DNA of 39,539 nucleotides, taken from contig MCFE01000749.1 in assembly GCA_002104905.1 (NCBI GenBank), positions 1 to 39,539 of the forward strand. Direction: 5' to 3'. This document shows, in pieces, positions 25,297 through 35,261 of this stretch. Source of the DNA: Basidiobolus meristosporus CBS 931.73 (lineage: Eukaryota > Fungi > Basidiobolomycota). Within the stretch, counting starts at the first letter, position 1, and every line of letters starts with the position of its first letter. Made by a program: the position numbers and the translations under genes. The notes beneath the pieces were generated by a model. The model did not search any database. It saw only the letters and a program-made list of their open reading frames with translations, and had not been told where the DNA came from.

Positions 25297-26975
25297 AATT
25301 ACTAATTTACAAAGTAGGCTTGATAGGTTGTTGAAGTGGACTGATATAACTTTTCATGCTATCTCCGCTCCCTTTATAACGGTTCTTCAGGTACAATCTT
25401 TGCATCATAGCACTTGGCATAATTTCTCAAATCAAGTGGTGACGTTGCTACTGTTTCAGGAAACCTTCACCGCCGTCATCATATTCTCTACACCAGCGAA
25501 TTATTTCAGCACTTTTAACTGCAGTCACTCACTAAACGCTGACTCTTCGTGTCATCCTAGTCACCCATGATTTCATTTTTTATGACCTGTTTATTGGCTA
25601 GGGAAACAGTGCTCAGCAAAATAATTATTCCGATATATTTATTTACGATCGAGAAAAGTTTGTTTCAATCAGCATACGGATGATTCTCATACCTTTCAGG
25701 TACGTTCAATCTTATTTCCGAATATTGGTGAGCGTTGTATCGCAGACAGAAATAGAAGTCTCGTTAAGCACCGGGGAGAAATAGATTCGATCATTGGTTT
25801 GGAGCTGCTCATTACGGTTTACTCCCATGCCATGCTTTTCCTCGGCTCTCCCACGAAATGCGGGATTTGTAAGTCAAGAGCAGTCCCACAGCCTCGCTGA
25901 TTTGACACCCAGCAGTCACAACGCCTGGCCGATCATCATGAATACTGCTGGCAAACCCTTCCCTATAAGACCTCTAATTGAGACGCAGTCCCTCCGAATC
26001 GCCCCACCGCGACCTACAAGTCGATGGCCTTCGGCTCCAACAACCGATGGGCTCAGTTAGTATCGCATATGAATGTACCGTACATTACCTACTAGCAGTC
26101 TAGGAACAACCAGGGTGACTGTAGGTTGCAAATCACGACAGTGGATTGTAGATGGCATGATGGAGGCTAAGCTGCTTCCCGTTCTATACGTGGATCCATA
26201 CATATATCACAAATGATTGAAGATAGTGGACACTTATATGTGCCCAATAACACTCTTTCATTTCATCTGGAACTGTCTCAGCGACTACACTGAAGATTGG
26301 ATGCCTGTCATTTCCAAAGCGCTGATTTCTATGATGGAATGGCGGACTAATTCGAGTGAAGTCATCGTGAGACTTGGCCAAATGCACATCCTCAAAGTGA
26401 TGATTTGTGGATATCTATTACGCATGACGGACACGCGAAAAGTACATCCCTAACCTACCTCGGCTACCCTTTACAACTAGAGCAGTCTTGCAAGCTGTGT
26501 TCGATAATGCCCGCTTCCCTCTTAAAGATTGTGGAGATAGTACCCTCGCTGAAATGAAAATCTCGTTCAGGCAACATCAATGCTGATTTGTAGTCGTGAG
26601 CCAGATATTCAATTGATCAGTAATCAATAGCCTTATCACAGTTTTCATATTCGGATCTGAAGCAAACACCAGGGAATTACTCCGTGCAATACACGGTAAG
26701 GATACAAGAAAAGGCACAATAAGAAGGGGGTATATGGTCACCAGCAACTATTTTCAGAGAGTGCCCAGCGAACCATTTTGGCCAATCTCGAAGCATCAGG
26801 TAGTACCTGTATGTGTGTGGCCATCCTATACTCGGCAACGCCCCTTGCCACTATAGGGCTGTACCGCTTGGTAAGCAGATTGTGCCAATGTTGTCTATTG
26901 AAAGGGAAGCAATCTTGTAGAACACTGATAAATTACATGACACGTAGATCAAGCATGGTTATATAATTCGTACAG

Positions 26976-26995
26976 CCCTAACCCTAATCTTAACC
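26976..26995 (+). repeat. Short degenerate telomere-like tract (CCCTAA)2 TCTTAA CC
   Basis: CCCTAACCCTAATCTTAACC read directly. Polarity is opposite to the repeats in the terminal array. Confidence 0.4.
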
Positions 26996-27707
26996 AGGGC
27001 GTCTACACCAATTGGCTAACACTATATCTCACCACAACTAATTCTAACCAAATAGTACATTACCATAATGCTCCGATCAATACAATCCCACTCGATTGTT
27101 GCACCATGCTTGATTATCCATCTATTTACAGCTTAGACTGAGCTTTAAGTTTGATATAGGTATCATTGGCGGATTCCCAATTAGAGCACTCTTGGATGGA
27201 ATGTATATGGTCCCTAAAACGAAGCCCTCCCAAGATGACAATTAATCTGTGTCTCCATTTGATATTCTGCCGCTTCATGAAGCATGCTATTTACATGATG
27301 CAGATCGGTTGATCTATGCCAGGTGGGGATTTATTGCTGTAGTTTCTTGATCCAGTGCTGACACAGTTCATGATAATCTGTGTCAGGTGATATGGACTGG
27401 AACGGCATTGGCACGGTGAAAGGGGTGAACAAAAGAAAATTATTCACATGTATTGGTGACTGCAATTACGAAATGAAATGGTATGAAGGGTTGTGTACAA
27501 AAAGAATCCATGGCAAACGATCACATGAAACAAAATTGCCACAGATAACGTGCGATAAAAAGAGCCCGGCAACTATAGCTCTTTACCAAATATCCTGGGA
27601 AGATGAACCCCTAAATGGTTTACATGGGCTCATAAACAGGTTTCACTAGGAAACAAGGAAAGATGTCATTAAAAGGCTACATTGCATGGGAGATCAGTTT
27701 CTATATT

Positions 27708-28709
27708 CTAGGGAACAGTTGATATACAGAGACTATTCTCCGAGTTACTCTCTCGGCCTATTTTGTACCCCCAGGAGTCTTGCCATTGAGCGGCAACAAG
27801 CTCTTTACTTTGCACATCAGGCTTACCTTGGTTGTAGTTATCTTCAGCCTGAGTAAGCGGGTTCACTCCGGGGGGAGTGTGTGTATGTGAATACCGATCG
27901 AGATGGTACCCGTTGGAGATCCCATTTGATCGACTGTATGATTCCACAAAGATTTTTCTTGTGTCCTCAACAATAAAGATGAGTAATAACGATTGAATCA
28001 GATTTACAATGGAATAAGTCAAAAATAAATAGTCTGTCAGGTAAACAGTGATTTGACCCACCAGTATTTCACTAAGAGCAATTAACCCGGTAAATATGCA
28101 GTTGTTAATTAAAAGATGTCTCCATGCTTTGGCGGATGTCATTTTGGTTGGGGGGGAGTGCCTGACGAGTTTCACAAGGTGCTCCATAAAGAACAACAGA
28201 ATCAGCAATTCGCTGGCAATCTTGATATACTGCATAATTGCAGAGAGGTCGTAGTCCATCACGGTGTTGCACATCTCACCAATCTTGTTGTTGGGTCCTT
28301 GGATCGTGGTAACTAGCCATATGCACAGGGCGAAGCGAACCACCCATGTTGGCACTATCAGCATGGTTAGCAGCTTCCTGTGATTTGTGAAAGACCGGCA
28401 ACGAATGTACATGGCCGCCTCGGCAGCGATGGCAAAAAATTGGTAATCAATGCCACCAATGATGGCAACCAAGCGACATGAGATGGGGAAACCAGAACAC
28501 ATCAGCATAATGGTTATATTTCGAATGCTTGCGAAAAGCAGTTGCGCAGACATCGCAAGCTTGAACGGGCGCCTATGTATGAACAGGCTTTTGTCCAGGG
28601 ACTGCACCCATAGTAGGACCAGCCAAGAAGCACTGATGGTGGTGACGGTAGCATTGACAAGGCTACTCATAAGCTTTACCTCCTGGGTTGCATCCATTTC
28701 GATATCCAA
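27708..28709 (-). CDS. Orphan seven-transmembrane, GPCR-like protein (333 aa, intronless)
   Basis: Seven hydrophobic segments and a polar C-tail. Cys at the top of TM3 (ISCRL) and Cys in the loop after TM4 (EMCNT). E-x4-I-R at the end of TM3. Confidence 0.75.
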   Translation of the reverse strand: MDIEMDATQEVKLMSSLVNATVTTISASWLVLLWVQSLDKSLFIHRRPFKLAMSAQLLFASIRNITIMLMCSGFPISCRLVAIIGGIDYQFFAIAAEAAMYIRCRSFTNHRKLLTMLIVPTWVVRFALCIWLVTTIQGPNNKIGEMCNTVMDYDLSAIMQYIKIASELLILLFFMEHLVKLVRHSPPTKMTSAKAWRHLLINNCIFTGLIALSEILVGQITVYLTDYLFLTYSIVNLIQSLLLIFIVEDTRKIFVESYSRSNGISNGYHLDRYSHTHTPPGVNPLTQAEDNYNQGKPDVQSKELVAAQWQDSWGYKIGRESNSENSLCISTVP

Positions 28710-30423
28710 ACGTATTTAAGGGAAAGGAAATTCGTCAAAGGTAGTAAACAGAAGCTCGAGAAAACAAAAGGTCGGCAAAATCTTGCTTTCAGCACGGGTC
28801 AATGAGCGGTACAGGGGAAGTGCCAAGTGACAAAAGTACCCTGAAGAGAATGGGGTGGGGAGTCCTTGTTATATAGAGACTATGGGAACCAAGACCCAAT
28901 ACTATCTCGTGTAAGCCATCACTCGAGGAGTGACACTATCTGAAATCAATCGGGTTGAACACCTGGATTCGCTTACAGCAATCCAATATAAGCGTTAATT
29001 ATCAACAATCATGAGCATGCGAAATCACACAATCCATCCGTGATTGTGAGAGGTTCCAAATACCCAATCTACTCCATTCAGGGATTTGGAACTAGTGTTA
29101 TATTAGCAATCACCTTACGAGAGGGTCGCTTGAGCTTCCCAATCCTCAGTCGCAGACGCCGTATGAACCAAGGGTTTGGCATGTGGCGGCACTAAAGTAC
29201 ACGCAGCTTCGAGTCAGCTCCCACCATATCAAAGGGATGGGTCTCAGGGATGGGGGCTAAATGACACTTTCATCTCAGACACATTTCATTCAGCCAACTT
29301 GGGTAGAGGAAATCATTCTCTTGGTCCTACCAGTATTCCCATATGGCGCCACCAGGCTTATACCGGAATGATCGGAACGCAATCGCCTCATTGGGTGAAG
29401 GTATATTGGAAGCAGCTCTGTGTGCTTACTTGCACATACACATTCTTGCGTCCATAGGTGCGTTGCAGTTGCACAGGAAATGGCCCACAGAGAGTGGGAG
29501 TAATCGGTGCGTGAAGGGCGGAGCATGGAGCTCAATGGAATCAAAACCTATAAGCTAGGATTATCTTGAACTGAAAGAGGCAACGCGCTATGGATGCTTC
29601 CATAAGGCCTAATTAGTGATAGCTGGGGTTTAAGAGTTGAGGATGGAAAGTGTCACAGTGCTTGATCCTTGATAATCAGAGTTATCCTTGTTTGGGTTTA
29701 GTAGACACAACCTGTGTGGCGCGGCGAATTTGCATTCGTTCTAGGAGAGCTGCTGCTCCCGAGCTCTCTGAATAGCCGACACTCTGACGAATTACTATCT
29801 CCAACCTGCATTTTCACAGCAACTTTGTGGTTCAGTGTTACACAGCCGGGCTCAAATGAGTCAGGTGCGGATTTGCATCTCCACCAGCAATGGGATCGGC
29901 TGGATCATCAGGTGCATCCGGATATCTATAGATATGAGCAGAGTGACTCAAAGGTAGCGAGTACTACACTGTGGAGTGCAGAATGTTCTTTCGAACCGGC
30001 ATACAAAGCAACCAAGATGCAAACCTTCCGGGGCGGTTCCCATCTAGGCCAGCGAACATTGCGGGTTAGCTGGAGTCCGTAGGACATTGCTGAACGAGGA
30101 TGATCAATCTTGCTTGCCTCGACATCTAATACATCTCGCGGGTGATTGGGAGGTGGGGCTGATTTAATACTGATTAGGATTTCTGGTGTCCCATTAATCT
30201 TGATTTTTGAAGTGGATTGATGATTTAGTCCACATGCTCAGCGAGAAGTCACTGATTTTGTAATATTTTCACGCAACACCAGATATACTTCCGAATCTGT
30301 AGTTGATTCTCCACTCGGCTCCAAGTATATGAGCATATATGCACCGCTACTGTCCTCGAAACTATCCGCTCAACTCCCTTATTTTTCACTAGTTCTTGCT
30401 AGCTAACGGCAAAGATCCTGAAT

Positions 30424-31974
30424 ATGCGTGTTGCGGGTGCTGTTCATTTACTGTCGCTGCTGGCTGCTGCTGCTCAGCTTACCTTGGCTCAAGAGTCAGT
30501 ATTCTCTAGCCTGGCCCAGAACGCAACCTACCGTAGTCAAGCTGAGTTCTATATCCGAGATGGACCCGAGGCACAGCACAACAAATACCTGGCTGCTTTG
30601 AAATTCTTCAACAACCTGTACCAGCCAGAGGAGCTCCCCAAGACTGCTCTTCCTCTGGCTATCCTGAAGCTTCACCCTAAACAGGAGTATGACTTGAGCT
30701 GGTTAGTGGAGGCTGCACGAGTTACCGGAATCAAGATTTCTGCACGCTCTGGAGGGTATCATTCTGCTTACGCCAGTGTTTTACCAGTAAATGGAGTTAA
30801 AGAAACCCCCAGAGAGTTCGTTTTGGTTGACCTCTCTAGCCTCAAAGGCATCACTATTGATCCCAAGAGGAAGATAGCTGTTGTGGAGCCTGGGGTGACC
30901 GGAAGTGAGCTTTATGATGCGACTGCAAAGTATGGCCTCCATTTCCCAGGACCTCATACAAGCTTTGTTACTATCGGTGGGTTCCTCCTCCAAGGCGGTA
31001 TGGGCTTTGGATCGCGTTTGCTAGGTGCTGGCGTTGACAACGTCGTAGGCTTTGAGATTATCACATCTCGTCATAATGGCAGATCTCTGTACGTTGATGC
31101 AAACAATTATCCCGACTTGTTTTACGCTGTTCGTGGTGGTGGACAATTCTTCGGAGTGATCACCAAATTCCACCTGAAGGTGTATCCCATCGTAGACCAA
31201 CCAGCATTGATCCCAACTTACAGCGCCAAAACCATCAAACTGGAGACTTCCTTCTCGATCCACGACCAGAAAAATTTCCCTGCTGTTCTCGACTTCTATA
31301 AGAAATTCGACCCAACGGCACCTAAGAGCGTGGAAACCAAAATAGTTTTCATCAAGGATGCTGACGCTAATGCACAGCTCTTACTTTCGGCTACTTCTGT
31401 TGCCCCATTCAACTCGAGTGCCAGTGTAACTGCTGCGCTCAATGAGATCGAGAGTTTCAACAAAAACAATGGTGCATTCTTCGAGTCTAACGCACCAACC
31501 ACTTATTATGATGCGGTTCATGGAGGAGACAGCTCTTGGAGCACCCCGAATTTGTCTTACATTGCCGAGGATATCTGGATTGCTACCCCGCTCAGCGATA
31601 AGGTGTTGAAGGTGATTTCCGAGGTGTGGGCCAAAGCTCCCTCTGTCCTTTCGTCGATGTTCCTGAATACTGGAACTTGGGAAGCCCCATCGTCAAGTGC
31701 TCTTGGTTTCGACCCCAGCTATTCCCTTGGTATCTACAGCACATGGGTTCGCAACGGCGATGTCAAATGGGATGAAGCCAACATCCAGTGGTTGAAAGAC
31801 ACTGTAGAGGCTCTGAAGCCATATACCCTAGGATTCTATGCAAACGAAATGCAGCCTCGATCTGATGGGGATGCGAATTATTGGAGAAAATGTTACCAGC
31901 CTGATGCCTGGAAAAAGTTGAACAACGCGAAAGCCAAATGGGATTCTAGAAGAGTCTTCAAAGACCTGCAGTAA
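30424..31974 (+). CDS. Secreted FAD-linked oxidoreductase, berberine-bridge-enzyme (BBE/VAO) superfamily
   Basis: Signal peptide; ARSGGYHS; VVEPGV; GGFLLQGGMGFGSRLLGAGVDNV; DLFYAVRGGGQFFGVITKF; C-terminal FYANE...YW...KKLNNAKAKWD BBE-like segment. Intronless 516 aa. Confidence 0.92.
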   Translation: MRVAGAVHLLSLLAAAAQLTLAQESVFSSLAQNATYRSQAEFYIRDGPEAQHNKYLAALKFFNNLYQPEELPKTALPLAILKLHPKQEYDLSWLVEAARVTGIKISARSGGYHSAYASVLPVNGVKETPREFVLVDLSSLKGITIDPKRKIAVVEPGVTGSELYDATAKYGLHFPGPHTSFVTIGGFLLQGGMGFGSRLLGAGVDNVVGFEIITSRHNGRSLYVDANNYPDLFYAVRGGGQFFGVITKFHLKVYPIVDQPALIPTYSAKTIKLETSFSIHDQKNFPAVLDFYKKFDPTAPKSVETKIVFIKDADANAQLLLSATSVAPFNSSASVTAALNEIESFNKNNGAFFESNAPTTYYDAVHGGDSSWSTPNLSYIAEDIWIATPLSDKVLKVISEVWAKAPSVLSSMFLNTGTWEAPSSSALGFDPSYSLGIYSTWVRNGDVKWDEANIQWLKDTVEALKPYTLGFYANEMQPRSDGDANYWRKCYQPDAWKKLNNAKAKWDSRRVFKDLQ

Positions 31975-32703
31975 TGGTTGCTACTCGGCGAGAATAGCTC
32001 GATTTTGGTTAATTTATGAACTACATAATCAGTAAATTTAATAAGATGGTCCTACGTTCATCTCGACGCAGCTGAGCCAATTGGCAATAAACTCTTTACC
32101 ATTTTTGATGCTCTAAATTGGGCCTATAAGGATAGTTATTCGTAACGTAGCTAATGATTTCTGTCAAATCTATGTTCACATTTTGCTGAGTGGAGGCTTG
32201 ATAGCAACCTAGTAGTAAACTAGAAATCCAGTCGCACAGTCAAAGCATTGTGCGAGCTTATCCTAAGCTCTCTCCTCACCTACCACAGCTGCATACACAC
32301 ACACCAATCATAATGCTTGTGTAAGCACCCAGAAACCAATCCAGAAGTTCTGATTCTAGGTAAAACCCAGATGCCTAAATTAATTGACAACATGCATGCG
32401 AACTAGTAGATTGGCAGCAAGAAATTGCACAATGTGCATATCCTGCTCCATAAACAGTGGTGCCACCACAAAGCCTATCTGAAAGTGTACGCATGTCAAT
32501 GAGACCCATATTCTATGACTGCCATCTATCCATGACTACATGTTAGCCATACTTGAGTAGAGAGAAATTTGGCTTGAGACTCTGTAATTCTCATGACTTC
32601 CACTTTCCCGCCGGTGGCCCAAACTGGTTCCTGTCTGCTTTCCTCACTAGCAATTCAAGAGCTCTTCGGACCAAACTGCCAACTACATTTTCCTTCAACC
32701 ATT

Positions 32704-33238
32704 GGGGGAGGGAAAGTCACCATTGTGGTGAAATCATTATTTTACTAAGTAGTTACACAAAGTCACTAAAGCTAAAAGGTAAAGAAGCCAGCTAAGTGTT
32801 TTTAAATTGCTCAAATAAATAGTCTAACATAAACTTAGTTTCTTGGGGAAGATTGCTCTGAATTAAATGATGCTCTTCTAGAGAGAAGAGAAAGTTGAAG
32901 CGTTTTGGGGGAATCACAAATTGTAATTGACACTTGTCTATATTGTAAAAATTGCAGCAAAAGCCTGCAATTACATTTTCAAGGAAAGGGGTATGGACTT
33001 TGAGGCAGCTTTGCCAAAGTGCAAGAAAGTGGTCAAGAGCTGCATCCTTACCCATTGAAGAATAATTTGGACCTTCAGGTGAATCCAATCCCAAGCAACC
33101 ATCAGGATTCAGCAATGAGGCAGTCATAATGCTAGCAGCTTGGAGTTGTTGGCCTTCTACATGATCTTATGGTAGGATCATGATGGCATTTTGCTGATTT
33201 TACTGCCAATTAAAGCAATAAATTTGACAGAGTTTAAA
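32704..33238 (-). mobile_element. Unit D: 3' fragment of a divergent LINE subfamily (ORF2 C-terminal domain only)
   Basis: ORF 32792..33127 LWQSCLKVHTPF...LQFVIPPKRFNF aligns with the C-termini of units A and B. The shared 3' stem-loop follows. Confidence 0.85.
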
Positions 33239-33625
33239 GGTAGGGGAGGGAAAGTCACCAAGTTGGTGAAATCTTTATTTGAGTTAAGAACTAATCTAAG
33301 TACAAATAAAGAAACCAATTAAGAGGTCTAGAACCTCTCTAATAAGTAGTCTAATTTATGTTTTGTTTCATCTCTAATGTTTGTTTCAATAAAGTAAAGC
33401 TCATTGGGGGTAAATATAAAATTCAAGGGTTTTGGGGGAGGTACAAATTGTAGATGTTTCTGATCAATATAATCCAAGACTGGAACCCAGCCTGGGATTA
33501 GGTGTAGTAGGAAAGGTGTGTGGACTTGTAAGTAGCTCTGCCACATAGATCTATGATGGTCCTGAGCCAGTAGTCTTGGTTTCTCAGCTTTTTGAAGTTT
33601 TGAAGCAAGCTCTGTTACTACAGCA
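33239..33625 (-). mobile_element. Unit B': 5'-truncated 3' fragment of subfamily B
   Basis: 33244-33626 matches 35274-35656, with 8 substitutions counted by eye over ~383 bp. Confidence 0.93.
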
Positions 33626-34147
33626 GTTAGGGTTAGGGGAGGAAAGTCACCAAGTAATGAAATCTTCATTTTCTTATGACAAGTATCTAAAGAAGCCAAG
33701 TTAATCTGAAGTAATTCCTAGAAAGCTAGGACTGAGAGATATCTTCCTGGTAAGCCAGGTCTGAGAGTTGAGAAGCTGTGTGGTACTATATTTCCTAGTT
33801 AGCTAGGTCTCAGAGAGGTTTCCTGGAAAGCCAGGCCTGAGAAGTGAGAATCTGAATATATCTGAGCTAAGTTATACTGGTTTGCTGTAGCTGAATTGTG
33901 GCCAGAATGGCCAGTAGACTGGGGGAACTGAGATGAATTTCTGGGCAATCACTGGCCAAATTTACTAGGCAAATTTGTCCCATTAGCATTTCAAGGATTT
34001 CAGCCAATCAGAGCCTTTATTTTGCCCAATGGCTGATCAAGGCATCTCCCAATGAGCACACATCAATTTATTAATCAAATTTTGCTGGATCCAGGATTTG
34101 AACCCACAACCATGGGTATGGAAGGGTTAGGAATAACCACAAGGCTA
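33626..34147 (-). mobile_element. Unit S: tRNA-derived SINE-like element with LINE-type 3' tail
   Basis: A box TAGCCTTGTGG (34147-34137), B box GGTTCAAATCC (34104-34094) 43 nt downstream, then a tRNA-like 3' end ...ATCCAGCA. The body is non-coding. The tail TTGGCTTCTTT...GATTTCATTACTTGGTGACTTTCCTCCCC-TAACCCTAAC is shared with the LINEs. Confidence 0.75.
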
Positions 34148-34148
34148 A

Positions 34149-34202
34149 GGGTTAGGGGGAGACAGTCACCAACAGGTGAAATCTTTATTTCAGTAGAAAC
34201 AA
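34149..34202 (-). mobile_element. Unit A'': ~55 bp extreme 3' tip of subfamily A
   Basis: GGGTTAGGGGGAGACAGTCACCAACAGGTGAAATCTTTATTTCAGT matches 37317-37361 apart from G-tract length. Confidence 0.9.
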
Positions 34203-35122
34203 GGGGAGGGAAAGTCACCAAGGTAGGTGAAATCTTTATTTGATTTCAGACAAGTCTAACTGCAAATAAAGAAGCCAGCTGGGAATAGAAGATTCCCAAA
34301 GTAAACACCAAGTTGAATATGAATAAATCTAAGCTAAAGTTAAGGCAGTATCCCAGAGTACACCGGAGTTCAGGTTCATGGGGGAGTGAAGTAGATAAGC
34401 TTGAGAGATATAATAATCTTTAAGGAAGTGGGTAACAGCAGGTGAAGGGGAGTTTTTGATAAGTGAAGTGAATCTTGAGATCAGAGACTCCTCTAATGAG
34501 AAGGTCTTGTAAACTGGAGAATCAGGAAACTCTTTAAAGGCATGGTCAGAAGGTTCCCAGCAAAACTGGTCAGAGACATTTTGAGAGAATTCTTTAGCAA
34601 TACTTTTGTCAAGTACTACCTCCAGAGTGTGATGGTTGATAAATCTCATGTTAACAATCTTGGATAAGTTGTAACCTTGTTGCTTGAGATACATCCTATG
34701 CTCAGATATAGGAATAAACTCCACATTGGCAAAGTAGCAGACAGCCCAGTCAGTAGCAGGAGGCAAATCAGAAGTGGCAGGAAACTTTCATTTTGGTCTT
34801 GGAGAGGAGCAGCAGGATGACTTGAGGAAGCAGGAACAGGACTTTTTGACACTTCAGAGTAGGAAGAGTGAGCAGGAGCAGATGATTCTTGGGGAGTCTT
34901 GTTGCAGGAAGAGTTGGCACAGAGACAATAGATTCTTGCAGATCAGAGAAGGCAGAAAAGAGCTATTGGACTTGTTTCTTGAGTAGAGCATTTTCAGCTT
35001 CAACAAGTGCAAGCCTTTCCTCAAGGAAGGAAATCTGAAGGGAATGGAGTGAAGGCATAAGAAATAAGAAGAAGAGGGTAAGATGGGGTGGGTGGGTGGG
35101 AAAATTAGCAGGGAGAAGAGAA
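34203..35122 (-). mobile_element. Unit C: RT-less element carrying a decayed ORF1/gag-like frame (35058-34329)
   Basis: MPSLHSLQISFLEERLALVEAENALLKKQVQ* (coiled coil), a S/P-rich linker with SYSEV, then WAVCYFANVEFIPISEHRMYLKQQGYNLSKIVNMRFINHHTLEVVL. There are two stops and two frameshifts. Only ~125 bp separate the stop from the shared 3' stem-loop. ORF1 identity is inferred. Confidence 0.65.
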
Positions 35123-35261
35123 GGGTTAGGGGGGAGACAGTCACCAACAGGTGAAATCTTTATTTCAGTTGAAACAAAGAAGCCAGCTACTGTGTAGCTG
35201 ATAGTGTACTGAGGAATGTAGGTATAGAGATGATAGTCTTCAGTGGTCAAGACACTGTTCA
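35123..35261 (-). mobile_element. Unit A': ~140 bp 3' fragment of subfamily A
   Basis: Terminal 60 bp nearly identical to 37317-37378, followed by GATAGTCTTCAGTGGTCAAGACACTGTTC matching ~37451-37480. Confidence 0.88.

Noticed and set aside
34083-34147. Functional tRNA gene
   Set aside because: The 5' acceptor strand is missing, and D and anticodon arms do not pair. Treated as a SINE head instead.
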